The notes under the pieces were generated by a model that was not told the origin of the DNA, did not search any database, and was given only the letters and a program-made list of their open reading frames with translations. A stretch of 64,000 bases of DNA, taken from the NCBI GenBank assembly GCA_963770895.1, contig CAVYRF010000002.1:2432001-2496000 (forward strand). Reading direction: 5' to 3'. How positions within the stretch are numbered: position 1 is the first letter of the stretch; every line of letters begins with the position of its first letter. This DNA comes from an uncultured Acidobacteriota bacterium. GTDB lineage: Bacteria; Acidobacteriota; Thermoanaerobaculia; Multivoradales; UBA5704. Made by a program: the position numbers and the translations under genes. Below, in pieces: positions 19,153-28,927 of this stretch.

Positions 19153-21313
19153 TCCCCGCATCCGGCCGGCGCTGCTGGTTCTGGCGCTGCTGGCCCTGAT
19201 CGCCGTGCCCGCCGGCGCCAAACCCGACGTGCCCAGCTTTCAGGACACCACCCAGGTGGTTTCGATCGAAGTCCCGGTCGAAGTCATCGGCCGCGACGGC
19301 CTGCCGGTGCGCGGTCTCAAGGCGGACGACTTCACCGTCCTCGACGACGGCGCGCGCCAGCCGCTGAAAAGCTTCCGCGTCGTCGACCTGGACCGCCTGG
19401 AGCCGCGCGGCAAACCGATCGCCGCCGAAGCGCAGGAGCTGGATGCCGGCGCCCGCCGCCATTTCATGCTGCTGTTCGACCTGTCGTTCGCACGCCCCGC
19501 CGCGGTGCTGCGCGCCCGCCAGGCGGCGCTCGACCTGGTGCTGCACTCGCTGCGTCCGACCGACCTGGCCGCCGTCGCCACCTACTCGCTGCAGAACGGG
19601 GCGCGGTTGGTGGTGACCTTCACCTCCGATCGCGCCCAGCTGGCGCGCGGCATCCAATCGCTCGGCCTCGACAAGGTTTTCGACACCAACAAGAGCGATC
19701 CGCTGCGGTTTGTCATCGCGCCGCCCACCATCGCCGACCTCGCCGGCGGCGGCACGCCGCAGCGTTCCCAAAGCCGCAATGCCAACGATTCGGTGGTTGC
19801 CGAGAGCCTCGACGAGATGCGGCGCGCCAACGAAAGGGTGGACCGCTCGATCGGCCGCGACACGGTCAAGAGCTTCATGCAGTCGCTTGCCGACCTGGCC
19901 AAGGTGCTGGGTCAGCTCAAGGGGCGCAAGCACGTGATCCTGTTCTCGGAGGGCTTCGACAGCCGCCTGCTGGTCGGCCACGACACCGACAGCCAGGAAG
20001 CCGCCACCGACAACTTCAACGCCGCCTTCGGCGAGCTGTGGAAGGTCGACAACGACACCCGCTACGGCAACACCCAGCTGCAAGGGGAGCTGGCGCGGAT
20101 GCTGCGCGAATTCAAGCGCGCCGACGCGGTCATCGAAGCGGTGGACATCGCCGGCCTGCGCGCCGGCGGTGACGCCAGCGAAGCCGGGGTCGGTACGCAC
20201 GTCAACGGCGACGAAGGGCTGTTCGAGATGGCGGACGGCACCGGCGGCGCGCTGTTCAAGGACGCCAACAATTTCAAGGCGCAGCTCGACCAGGTGCTGG
20301 ACCGCACGACGGTCACCTACCTGCTCAGCTTCGAGCGCTCCGACCTCAAGGACGACGGCGCTTTCCACCGCCTGGAGGTGAAGGCCAGGATCCCGCCGGG
20401 GGCACGCATCTCGTATCGCACCGGCTACTACGGACCGCGCCCTTTCCGCGAGCTCGATCCGCTAGAAAAGGTGCTGCTGGCTTCCGAGAGCGTCGCCAGC
20501 GCGTCGCCGCGCGCCGACCTGGACATGAACGTGCTGATCAGCTCGTTCCGCGAAAGCGCCGGCAAAGCCTACGTGCCGGTCATCGTCGAGGTGCCGGGCC
20601 AGCGCCTGATCGCCGCCAGCCGCGGCGATCACGTCAACATCGAAATCTACGCCTACGTGAGCGACCAGCACGGCGAGATGCAGGACTTCTTCACCCAGAA
20701 GGTGGCGGTGGACCTCAAGAAGGGCAAGGACGCCCTGGCGGAGGGCCTCAAGTACTACGGTCACGTCGATCTGCGCCCCGGCAACTACCGGGTGCGCATC
20801 CTGGTGCGCGACTCCGACAGCGGCGCCACCGCGGTGCAGACCGAGCGGCTGTCCATACCCGCCTGGGATGCCGGCCAGCCGGTCCTGCTGCCCCCCTTCT
20901 TCATCGACTCGCGCAGTGGCTGGCTGATGGTGCGCGAGCGCTCGGCCGATGCGGCAAAGAAGGGGGCGGTGCTCTACCCCTTCACCGTCAACGGCGAACC
21001 CTACGTGCCGGCGGCGCTCCCGGAGCTGGCCGGCGACCAGGCGGCCAAGCTCTGCCTGGTGGCCTATAACCTGGGTGCCGGCGATCTCGCGCTGCAGGGC
21101 AACGTCGTGGGCGCGGATGGCGCACCGCATGCCGGCGGCAGCCTGCGCCTGGTGGCGCGCACCGCGACCGGCGTGTCGGGTTTTGACAAGCTGCTCGCCA
21201 CCTTCCAGCCGACCGGTCTGGACGCCGGGCGGTACACCCTGCAGGTCGCGGTCACCGACCCGCGGACAGGTCACAAGGAGATGAGCTCGGTGCCGTTCCA
21301 GGTGGTCCATTGA
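19127..21313 (+). CDS. VWFA-related (acidobacterial-type VWA) exported protein
   Basis: VPVEV..RDG.PVRGL..DDF.V, RRHFMLLFDL, GRKHVILFSEGF, MADGTGG and YLLSF, followed by C-terminal beta domains. Confidence 0.85.
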   Translation: MRKCSANPDPRIRPALLVLALLALIAVPAGAKPDVPSFQDTTQVVSIEVPVEVIGRDGLPVRGLKADDFTVLDDGARQPLKSFRVVDLDRLEPRGKPIAAEAQELDAGARRHFMLLFDLSFARPAAVLRARQAALDLVLHSLRPTDLAAVATYSLQNGARLVVTFTSDRAQLARGIQSLGLDKVFDTNKSDPLRFVIAPPTIADLAGGGTPQRSQSRNANDSVVAESLDEMRRANERVDRSIGRDTVKSFMQSLADLAKVLGQLKGRKHVILFSEGFDSRLLVGHDTDSQEAATDNFNAAFGELWKVDNDTRYGNTQLQGELARMLREFKRADAVIEAVDIAGLRAGGDASEAGVGTHVNGDEGLFEMADGTGGALFKDANNFKAQLDQVLDRTTVTYLLSFERSDLKDDGAFHRLEVKARIPPGARISYRTGYYGPRPFRELDPLEKVLLASESVASASPRADLDMNVLISSFRESAGKAYVPVIVEVPGQRLIAASRGDHVNIEIYAYVSDQHGEMQDFFTQKVAVDLKKGKDALAEGLKYYGHVDLRPGNYRVRILVRDSDSGATAVQTERLSIPAWDAGQPVLLPPFFIDSRSGWLMVRERSADAAKKGAVLYPFTVNGEPYVPAALPELAGDQAAKLCLVAYNLGAGDLALQGNVVGADGAPHAGGSLRLVARTATGVSGFDKLLATFQPTGLDAGRYTLQVAVTDPRTGHKEMSSVPFQVVH

Positions 21314-21341
21314 GGCCGCCCCGGCGGACAACGCGTCCCTG

Positions 21342-22625
21342 ATGGCGGCCGGCGAGCGGCCTGCCGCGCCCGCCACGGCCGGCGCGCCGGCGACGGTTGC
21401 AACGTCCGCGGCGCTCCCGGCGGTCCCGGCGCTGCCGGCGATCGACGTCCACCTCCTGCCCGGCCGCGACAAGGCGGTGCGCGAAGGGCATCCCTGGGTG
21501 TTTTCCGGCGCCGTGGCGCGGGTCGTGGGGCCGCGCGATGCCGCGGTGGCGCGCGTCTTCGACGCCGGGGGGCGGCCGCTGGGGGTTGGCTGGTTCAGCC
21601 CGCGGTCGCAGATCCGCGTGCGGCTGCTGCAGGCGGCAGCAGGCGTTGCGCTGCCGGACCAGGCGCTGTTCGCCGCCCGCCTGGACGAGGCGGCGCGCCT
21701 GCGGCGGACGGTGGTGCCCGGCGACACCTCCGGCTACCGCCTGCTCAACGCCGAGGGCGACGGGCTGCCGGGATGGACCGTCGACCGCTTCGGCGCCACC
21801 CTGGTCAGCCAGATCACGGTCGCCGGCTTGGAAGCGATGCGCGACGACGCCTACGCGGCGCTCGCCGCACTGGCGCCCGACTGCGCGATCGTGCAGCTCG
21901 ACGATCTGCCGGCGCGCCGCGCCGAGGGGTTGCCGGTGGCCAAGGGACGCCGGGAGGTGCGCGGCGCGGCGCCCGACGAAGCGGCCTTCCAGGAATCGGG
22001 GCTGCGCTTCGTCGCCGACCTGACGGCGGGGCAGAAGACCGGCTTTTACTGCGACCAGCGCGACAACCGCCGGCGCGTCGAGCGGCTGGCCGCGGGGCGG
22101 TCGGTGCTCGACCTGTTCGCCCACTCCGGGGCGTTCGGCCTGTACGCGTTGCGCGGCGGCGCGCGGCGGGTGACGCACGTCGAGTCGGCGGCACGGGCGA
22201 TCGAGCATGGCCGCCGGCACTACGCCGACAACGGCCTGGCGGACGCCCCGGTCGAATGGGTCAGGGCCAACGTCTGGGAAGATCTGCGCCAGCGCGAAGA
22301 TCTATACGACATGGTGGTCTGCGACCCGCCGCCGCTGGCCCGCCAGCGCGGCAGCCTGGACGCCGCGGCGCGCGCCTACAAGGACGTCAACCGCCTGGCC
22401 TTCGCCCGGCTGGCGGCGGGCGGCCTGCTGTTCACCTTCAGCTGCAGCGGCGCGGTGGATGCCAAGCTGTTCCGCCAGGTCCTGTTTGCCGCGGCGGTCG
22501 AAGCCGGCGTGCGGGTCGCCCTGCTCGAACAGCTGGGCGCCGCGCCGGACCACCCGATCGCCATCACCCACCCCCAGGGGGAGTACCTGAAGGGGTGGCT
22601 GGCCGTGGTGCAGGGCCGGCCCTGA
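21342..22625 (+). CDS. rlmI: RlmI-like class I SAM-dependent rRNA methyltransferase
   Basis: GHPWVF PUA-like start, AEGDGLPG..VD, GQKTGFY.DQRDNR, VLDLFAHSG.F, DPP, FSCS and PDHP....PQGEYLK. Confidence 0.85.
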   Translation: MAAGERPAAPATAGAPATVATSAALPAVPALPAIDVHLLPGRDKAVREGHPWVFSGAVARVVGPRDAAVARVFDAGGRPLGVGWFSPRSQIRVRLLQAAAGVALPDQALFAARLDEAARLRRTVVPGDTSGYRLLNAEGDGLPGWTVDRFGATLVSQITVAGLEAMRDDAYAALAALAPDCAIVQLDDLPARRAEGLPVAKGRREVRGAAPDEAAFQESGLRFVADLTAGQKTGFYCDQRDNRRRVERLAAGRSVLDLFAHSGAFGLYALRGGARRVTHVESAARAIEHGRRHYADNGLADAPVEWVRANVWEDLRQREDLYDMVVCDPPPLARQRGSLDAAARAYKDVNRLAFARLAAGGLLFTFSCSGAVDAKLFRQVLFAAAVEAGVRVALLEQLGAAPDHPIAITHPQGEYLKGWLAVVQGRP

Positions 22626-22734
22626 AGCTTGCGGCGGTTGCCGCGAGCTCGCAGCATCGGCACTAGCACTATCTGCCTATCGCAGTGTTCTGCAGGCAGG
22701 TATAATGCGCTAGCCGACAAAAGGGAGAGCGCTA

Positions 22735-25017
22735 ATGCCTGTTTGCTACCGTGCTCCGCGTCGCGGTTTCAGCTCCTCCAAGCTGTCCGGGAGGCTGCGG
22801 GCGATCGTCGTCCTGGCGATCAGCATCGCCACCGCCAATGCCGCCGCCGCGCAAGCGCCGCCCGCCTTGCGCGGCTTTTCCGAGTCCACCCAGGTCACCG
22901 CGGTGGAGATCCCGGTGCAGGTGTCGCGCGACGGCCAGGCGGTGCGCGGCCTGACCGCCGCCGACTTTGAAGTGTGGAACGGCAAGACGCTCGCGCCCAT
23001 CACCGGCTTCGACGTCATCGACCTGGCGATGCCGGGCGCGCAGCGCCTGTCGGCGCCCATCCCGGCGGCGGCGCGGCGCCACTTCCTGCTGCTGTTCGAC
23101 CTCGCCTACTCGGAGCCGAAGTCGATCGTCAAGGCGCGCGAGGCGGCGCGCGGGGTGCTGATCAAGCAGCTGGTGCCGTCCGACCTGGTGGCCGTGGCAA
23201 CCTACGCCCACAGCACCGGTCCGCGGCTGGTCCTCGGCTTCACCTCGGACCAGCGCCAGATCGCGGCGGCGATCGACCACCTCGGCCTGCCCGAGCTGGT
23301 GGACCGCTCCGCCGACCCCCTGCGCCTGATGGCCGACGAGTTCAAACAGGACCTGCAGACCCCCAGCAACACCATCGGCAGCCAGAACGGCGGCCTGGTC
23401 GGCAAGGCCAACATGCAGCAGATGCAGGCGCAGTTCCTCGAAGAGATCGCGCGGGCGAGCGAGAAGGCGAACCGCGCCGACCAGCTGGCCAACGTCGCTG
23501 CCCTGGCGCAATCGTTCACCGATCTGGCCAGGCTGATGGCGAGCGTCGGCGGCCGCAAGCAGGTGATCTACCTGTCGGAAGGCTTTGCCAGCAACCTGCT
23601 GCAGGGCACCGGGTCGAAGAAGGAGCAGGACAACATGGCCGATTCGGTGATCTACGGCCAGAGCTACGACGTCGACTCCGACGCGCGCTTCGGCAACACC
23701 CACCAGAACAACCTGATGGAAAAGATGATGGAGGCGTTCCGCCGCAGCGACTGCGTCATCCAGTCGATCGACATCGGCGGCCTGCGCGGCATGGGCGACC
23801 AGGGCGCGGTGCGCTCCTCGGGCGAGGCGACGCTGTTCCAGATGGCGCACGACACCGGCGGCGAGCTGTTCCGCAGCTTCAACGACCTGGGGGAAGCGAT
23901 GCACCGCCTGCTGGCGGAGACCAGCGTCACCTACCTGCTGACCATCCAGCCGACGGGCCTGGCGGCCGACGGCAGCTTCCACAAGCTCAAGGTGCAGCTC
24001 AAGAACGCCTCGCGCGAGGTGCAGGTCTCCTTCCGTTCGGGCTTCTACGCCCCGGTGGCGTACTCCAAGGAGTCGCCGCTGGCGCGGAACCTGTCGGCCG
24101 CCAACACGCTGATGAGCGGGCCGCGCTCGGGCACGGTGGACATGGCGGTGCTCTCGGCGCCCTTCCGCGCCGCCGGCGCCAAGGCCTACGTGCCGGTGGT
24201 GATCGAAACCGACGGTCCGACGCTCATCGCCGGCATGGCGCTGCCGGCCGCCGGGGCCGCGGGGGCGGCAGGGGCCGGGGGGGCGGCAGCCAGCCGATCG
24301 GAGGCCGCGGTGGCGGCGGACCAGCTGCCGGCCGAGATCTACATCTACGCCGTGGACGCGCAGGGCCAGATCCAGGACTACCTCGACCAGGCGCTGCGCT
24401 TCGATCTTGCCAAGGCGCCGCCGGCGCTGCGCCAGGGAGGGCTCAAGTTCTTCGGCCACCTGGAGCTGCCGCCGGGGACCTACTGGCTGCGCGTGCTGGT
24501 GCGCAACGGCGCGACCGGCGCCTTCGGCATGCGCGCAACGCAGCTGGTGGTGCCGGAATTCGACGCCGCCAAGCCGGTGCTGCTGCCGCCGTTCTTCCCC
24601 GAGGCGCCCGGACACTGGCTGATCGTGCGCGAGCAGCCGCGCGGCGCCCTGCGCAACGCGTCCTATCCCTTCATGGTCGCCCAGCAGCCCTTCATCCCCG
24701 CCTCGCGGCCGGGGTTCGCGCCGGGCCAGGAGGTGCCGGTGGCGCTCATCGGCTACAACCTGGGCGACGCCGCGATGAAGCCGTCGGCGCACGTCGTCGC
24801 CGCGGACGGCCGCGACCTGGGGGCGGCGGCGCTGATCGTCGCCGGCCGCGCCGCCGGCCAGGACGGCAAGCCCGACCAGTACAAGGCGTCCTTCCGGCTG
24901 CCGGCGTCGCTGCCGCCCGGCGAGTACCAACTGGTCCTCGCCCTCGACCCGGCCGCCGCGGCCGGCACCTTCGCGCCGACCAGCGCCGGCAGCTTCGCCG
25001 TGCCGGCGCTGCATTGA
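22735..25017 (+). CDS. VWFA-related exported protein, paralog of 19127-21313
   Basis: Same motif order: RRHFLLLFDL, GRKQVIYLSEGF, MAHDTGG, KAYVPVVIE and PVLLPPFF. Confidence 0.85.
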   Translation: MPVCYRAPRRGFSSSKLSGRLRAIVVLAISIATANAAAAQAPPALRGFSESTQVTAVEIPVQVSRDGQAVRGLTAADFEVWNGKTLAPITGFDVIDLAMPGAQRLSAPIPAAARRHFLLLFDLAYSEPKSIVKAREAARGVLIKQLVPSDLVAVATYAHSTGPRLVLGFTSDQRQIAAAIDHLGLPELVDRSADPLRLMADEFKQDLQTPSNTIGSQNGGLVGKANMQQMQAQFLEEIARASEKANRADQLANVAALAQSFTDLARLMASVGGRKQVIYLSEGFASNLLQGTGSKKEQDNMADSVIYGQSYDVDSDARFGNTHQNNLMEKMMEAFRRSDCVIQSIDIGGLRGMGDQGAVRSSGEATLFQMAHDTGGELFRSFNDLGEAMHRLLAETSVTYLLTIQPTGLAADGSFHKLKVQLKNASREVQVSFRSGFYAPVAYSKESPLARNLSAANTLMSGPRSGTVDMAVLSAPFRAAGAKAYVPVVIETDGPTLIAGMALPAAGAAGAAGAGGAAASRSEAAVAADQLPAEIYIYAVDAQGQIQDYLDQALRFDLAKAPPALRQGGLKFFGHLELPPGTYWLRVLVRNGATGAFGMRATQLVVPEFDAAKPVLLPPFFPEAPGHWLIVREQPRGALRNASYPFMVAQQPFIPASRPGFAPGQEVPVALIGYNLGDAAMKPSAHVVAADGRDLGAAALIVAGRAAGQDGKPDQYKASFRLPASLPPGEYQLVLALDPAAAAGTFAPTSAGSFAVPALH

Positions 25018-25048
25018 CGGGGCTGCCCGCCGTCGCGTAAGACAGTCG

Positions 25049-25077
25049 TTGACACGTTGCTTTGGGCTTGGTAGCCT
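25049..25077 (+). promoter_or_regulatory. Sigma70-type promoter for the tRNA-Val/thrS region
   Basis: TTGACA, 17-bp spacer, TAGCCT, about 40 bp before the tRNA. Confidence 0.7.
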
Positions 25078-25115
25078 TTCTGTCCCTTGACGGCAGGTGC
25101 TGTTTCGGGAGACGC

Positions 25116-25192
25116 AGGCCCGTAGCTCAGCTGGTTAGAGCGCTACGTTGACATCGTAGAGGTCAGCGGTTCAAGTCCGCTCGGGCCTACCA
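25116..25192 (+). tRNA. tRNA-Val (GAC)
   Basis: Acceptor stem AGGCCCG/CGGGCCT, D arm, anticodon arm CTACG-TTGACAT-CGTAG, T loop TTCAAGT and encoded CCA. Confidence 0.97.
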
Positions 25193-25375
25193 TCAACAAA
25201 GAAGCACGAGATACGAGAAGCTCTGCACGCCAACCGATCCTCTTCCGCACCGCAATCGCTGCCCCGTCAGGCGGCCTCGATGATCTGCGGCGCGCACGTG
25301 TCCGGCTTGCCGGCGCTGACAGAGGTTGCGCGCATGGCTCGTGTCGCCGCCGCCGGTCCTGGCTTCCATCTCAGC

Positions 25376-25452
25376 AGGCGCTTAGCTCAGCTGGTTAGAG
25401 CGCTACCTTCACACGGTAGAGGTCAGCGGTTCGAATCCGCTAGCGCCTACCA
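25376..25452 (+). tRNA. tRNA-Val (CAC)
   Basis: Acceptor stem AGGCGCT/AGCGCCT, anticodon arm CTACC-TTCACAC-GGTAG, T loop TTCGAAT and encoded CCA. Confidence 0.97.
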
Positions 25453-25541
25453 ACCCCTGCACACTTTGCTCCTGTCCGCCTCGTGATCGTCCCCACGCTC
25501 GTCGCGACCGGAGCGCCCCTGGCGCGCCCGGACGCCGTCTG

Positions 25542-27479
25542 ATGGCGACGGCGACCGAGGTCCTGCGCCTCACCCTCCCGGACGGCTCCGTACGCGAAGT
25601 GGCCGCCGGCGCCACGCCGCTCACGGTGGCGGCGTCGATCGGCCGCCGTCTGGCGGCGGATGCCATCGGCGCCGAGCTGGACGGCCGGCGGATCGACCTG
25701 CGCCAGCCGCTGCCCGGCGGCGGCAACTTCCGCATCTTCACCGCCAAGAGCCCCGAATCGGGCGAGCTGCTGCGCCATAGTGCCGAGCACGTGCTGGCGG
25801 ATGCGGTCAAGCGGTTGTGGCCGGACGTGGAGATCGACGTCGGCCGCAAGGACCACAGCGAGAAGTTCCAGTACGACTTCCGCTTCCCGCGCGCCTTCAC
25901 GCCTGAAGACCTCGAAGCGATCGAAGCCAAGATGCGCGAGATCCTTGCCGAAGGCAACGCCTTCGAGCGCATCGAAGTGAGCCGCGACGAAGCGGCGGAG
26001 CTGTTCGGGCGCCTGGGCGAGCGGCTGAAGGTCGAGCGGCTCAAGGAGATCCCGGCGGGCGAAACGATCACCCTGTATCGCCATGGTGGTTTCACCGACC
26101 TCTGCCGCGGTCCGCACGCCCAGCGCACGTCGCAGATCGGCGCCGTCAAGCTGCTGGAATCGTCGGCGTCGTTCTACAAGGGCGACGAAGCGGGCGAGCG
26201 GCTGCAGCGGATCTACGGCACGGCCTTCGCCACCCAGGCCGACCTGGACGCCTACCTGGCGCGGCAGGAAGAGGCGCGGGCGCGCGACCATCGCCGCCTG
26301 GGACAGGACCTGGACCTTTTCAGCTTCAGCCCGTCGGCGCCGGCGTCGCCCTTTCTGCACCCGCGCGGCGCGGTGATCTACAACGGCCTGGTCGATTACG
26401 TGCGGGACCTCTACGCACGCTACGGCTACGGCGAAGTGATCACGCCGCAGATCCTGGACCTGGAGCTGTGGCGGACGTCCGGCCATCTCGCCAACTACTC
26501 CGACGCGATGTTCTACACCGAGGTGGACGAGCGGAAGTTCGCGGTCAAGCCGATGAACTGCCCGTCGCACTGCCTGATCTTCGCCACGCGCTTGCGTTCC
26601 TACCGCGATCTGCCGATCCGCTACGCGGACTTCGGCCGCCTCCACCGCTACGAACGCAGCGGTGTGACCAACGGTCTGTTCAGGGTGCGCTCCTTCTCGC
26701 AGGACGACGCACACATCTTTTTGATGGAGGAACAGATCGAGGAAGAAGTGCTGGCCGTGGTCAACATGATCATGGAGGTGTATCGGACGTTCGGCTTCGA
26801 GCAGGTGGCGGTGGAGCTTTCCACCCGCCCGGCCAAGTCGATCGGCAGCGCCGAAACCTGGCAGCACGCCGAAGCGGCGCTGGCAGCGGCGCTGGCCAAA
26901 GGTGGCGTCCAATACAAGGTGAACCCCGGCGACGGCGCCTTCTACGGCCCCAAGATCGATTTCCACGTCGGCGACGCGCTGGGCCGCACCTGGCAGCTGG
27001 GAACGATCCAGCTGGACTACCAGATGCCCGAGCGCTTCGGGCTGCGCTACGTCGGCGCCGACGGCGCGGAGCACCAGCCGGTGATGATCCACCGTGCCAT
27101 GCTGGGGTCGGTCGAGCGCTTCATGGCCATCCTGCTGGAGCAGACGGCAGGCGCCCTGCCGCTGTGGCTGGCACCGGTGCAGGCCGCGATCCTGCCGCTG
27201 TCCGAAAAGTTCACCGCCTACGGCGAGCAGGTGCGCGCCCAGCTCGCCGCCGCCGGCATGCGCGTGGAGCTCGATCAGCGCAACGAAAAGCTGGGCTACA
27301 AGATCCGCGAAGCGCAGGTGCAGAAGATCCCATTCATGCTGGTCCTGGGCGGACGCGAAGAGCAGGCGGGCGCGGTTGCCGTGCGCCGTCGCGCGGGCGA
27401 AGACCTGGGCGCCATGCCGACGCAGGAATTTCTGGCGCGGGTCCGCGATCTCGTGGATCGCCGCAGCCTCGAACTTTGA
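25542..27479 (+). CDS. thrS: Threonine--tRNA ligase
   Basis: TGS domain, RHSAEH and DLCRGPH editing motifs, RDHRRLG, KPMNCPSH, GAFYGPKID and IHRA. Confidence 0.97.
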   Translation: MATATEVLRLTLPDGSVREVAAGATPLTVAASIGRRLAADAIGAELDGRRIDLRQPLPGGGNFRIFTAKSPESGELLRHSAEHVLADAVKRLWPDVEIDVGRKDHSEKFQYDFRFPRAFTPEDLEAIEAKMREILAEGNAFERIEVSRDEAAELFGRLGERLKVERLKEIPAGETITLYRHGGFTDLCRGPHAQRTSQIGAVKLLESSASFYKGDEAGERLQRIYGTAFATQADLDAYLARQEEARARDHRRLGQDLDLFSFSPSAPASPFLHPRGAVIYNGLVDYVRDLYARYGYGEVITPQILDLELWRTSGHLANYSDAMFYTEVDERKFAVKPMNCPSHCLIFATRLRSYRDLPIRYADFGRLHRYERSGVTNGLFRVRSFSQDDAHIFLMEEQIEEEVLAVVNMIMEVYRTFGFEQVAVELSTRPAKSIGSAETWQHAEAALAAALAKGGVQYKVNPGDGAFYGPKIDFHVGDALGRTWQLGTIQLDYQMPERFGLRYVGADGAEHQPVMIHRAMLGSVERFMAILLEQTAGALPLWLAPVQAAILPLSEKFTAYGEQVRAQLAAAGMRVELDQRNEKLGYKIREAQVQKIPFMLVLGGREEQAGAVAVRRRAGEDLGAMPTQEFLARVRDLVDRRSLEL

Positions 27480-27521
27480 ACGGGCGGTATCGCCCAGCAC
27501 TCACAAGGGGGTGAGTTGAGC

Positions 27522-28055
27522 ATAGACAAGACGACGCGGATCAACGAAAGGATCCGGGTGCGCGAAGTGAGACTGGTGGAAGCCGACGGCTCGCAGGCGG
27601 GGATTGTGCCCGTCGAGGAGGCGCTGCGCCGCGCCCAGGAGCAAACGCTGGACCTGGTGGAGGTGGCGCCGACCGCCAAGCCGCCGGTCTGCCGCATCAT
27701 GGACTTCGGCAAGTTCCTCTACCAGCAGAAGAAGAAGGCGCATGAATCGAAGCGCAAGCAGAAGATCATCCACATCAAAGAGGTCAAGTTCAGGCCCAAC
27801 ATCGACGAGCACGACTACGATTTCAAGCTCAAGAACGTGGTCCGCTTCCTCGAAGACGGCGACAAGGTGAAGGCGACCGTGCAGTTCCGCGGCCGCGAGA
27901 TGGCCCGCACCGACCTTGGCCATAAACTGCTGCGCCGGGTGGCTGAAGACGTAGGGGAGCGAGGGATGCTAGAATCCAACCCCGAAATGGCGGGGAACCG
28001 GATGCACGTCATCTTTGGCCCGCCCCGTCAAGCGGTGAAGAAACCCACCGCGTAG
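27522..28055 (+). CDS. infC: Translation initiation factor IF-3 (probable ATA start)
   Basis: [29 protein letters not shown] and KEVKFRP.IDEHD. The SD AAGGGGGTGA is spaced 7 nt from ATA 27522; TTG 27516 is the alternative. Confidence 0.95.
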   Translation: MDKTTRINERIRVREVRLVEADGSQAGIVPVEEALRRAQEQTLDLVEVAPTAKPPVCRIMDFGKFLYQQKKKAHESKRKQKIIHIKEVKFRPNIDEHDYDFKLKNVVRFLEDGDKVKATVQFRGREMARTDLGHKLLRRVAEDVGERGMLESNPEMAGNRMHVIFGPPRQAVKKPTA

Positions 28056-28189
28056 CTGCCGTTCCCGCCGATCCCCGCACGCCGCACCGCTCTCCAGGCT
28101 GGCTCAGCTGGCTCCAGGCGATGCCGAGCGGCGGAGCTCGTCCGGGTCCGGCTTTGGTTTTTTGCGGCTTTCCCGCAAAGGAGGCAAGC

Positions 28190-28384
28190 GTGCCCAAGCA
28201 GAAGACGCACAAGGGGGCCGCCAAGCGCTTCAAGGTCACCGGCACCGGCAAGGTCGTCCGCCACCAGGCGATGCACAGCCACATGCTGACCTCGAAGACG
28301 ACGAAGCGGAAGCGCAACCTGCGCCAGTCGGTCGAAGTGCCCACGTCGTTCGCGGGCATCATCAAGACCCTTCTTCACGACTAA
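28190..28384 (+). CDS. rpmI: 50S ribosomal protein L35
   Basis: AAGGAGG RBS; [20 protein letters not shown]. Confidence 0.96.
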   Translation: MPKQKTHKGAAKRFKVTGTGKVVRHQAMHSHMLTSKTTKRKRNLRQSVEVPTSFAGIIKTLLHD

Positions 28385-28520
28385 GCGATAACCCAAGGCG
28401 GCGCCGGAGGGACGGACCTGCCCCCCGGAAGCCCCTGGCCCCCGCCGCTCGCATCGGACGGCGTGTGGGCCCACCCAACCGCCGCCGCGCCAGCGCGGCA
28501 GGCAGAAACGAGGTTCGAAG

Positions 28521-28925
28521 ATGGCTCGTGTCAAGCGCGGTACCAAGCGGACGGACCGCCGCAAGAAGATTCTCGATCGTGCCAAGGGCTTTTACGGCAC
28601 TCACTCCAAAAGCCACCGCATCGCCAAGCAGGCGGTCGACAAGGCGCTGCTGTATGCCTACCGCGACCGGCGGCAAAAGAAGCGCCAGCTGCGTTCCCTG
28701 TGGATCCTGCGCATCAACGCCGCGGCGCGGCTGCACGGCCTGTCTTACAGCCGGTTCATCTCGGGGCTGAAGGCCGCGGGGTCGCTGCTCGACCGCAAGG
28801 TGCTGGCCGACATCGCGGTGCGCGACGAAGCCGCCTTCGCCGGTCTGGCGGCCGCGGCGCGCGAAGCGCTGGGCAAGGCCCCTCCCGCCGCCGGCGCGGC
28901 GTCTCACGCACCCGCGGAGGCCTGA
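28521..28925 (+). CDS. rplT: 50S ribosomal protein L20
   Basis: [29 protein letters not shown] and [10 protein letters not shown]. Confidence 0.96.
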   Translation: MARVKRGTKRTDRRKKILDRAKGFYGTHSKSHRIAKQAVDKALLYAYRDRRQKKRQLRSLWILRINAAARLHGLSYSRFISGLKAAGSLLDRKVLADIAVRDEAAFAGLAAAAREALGKAPPAAGAASHAPAEA

Positions 28926-28927
28926 CC

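Noticed and set aside
25116-25452. tRNA-Val genes as an integration site
   Set aside because: No integrase, and no duplicated tRNA 3' end was seen elsewhere in the window.
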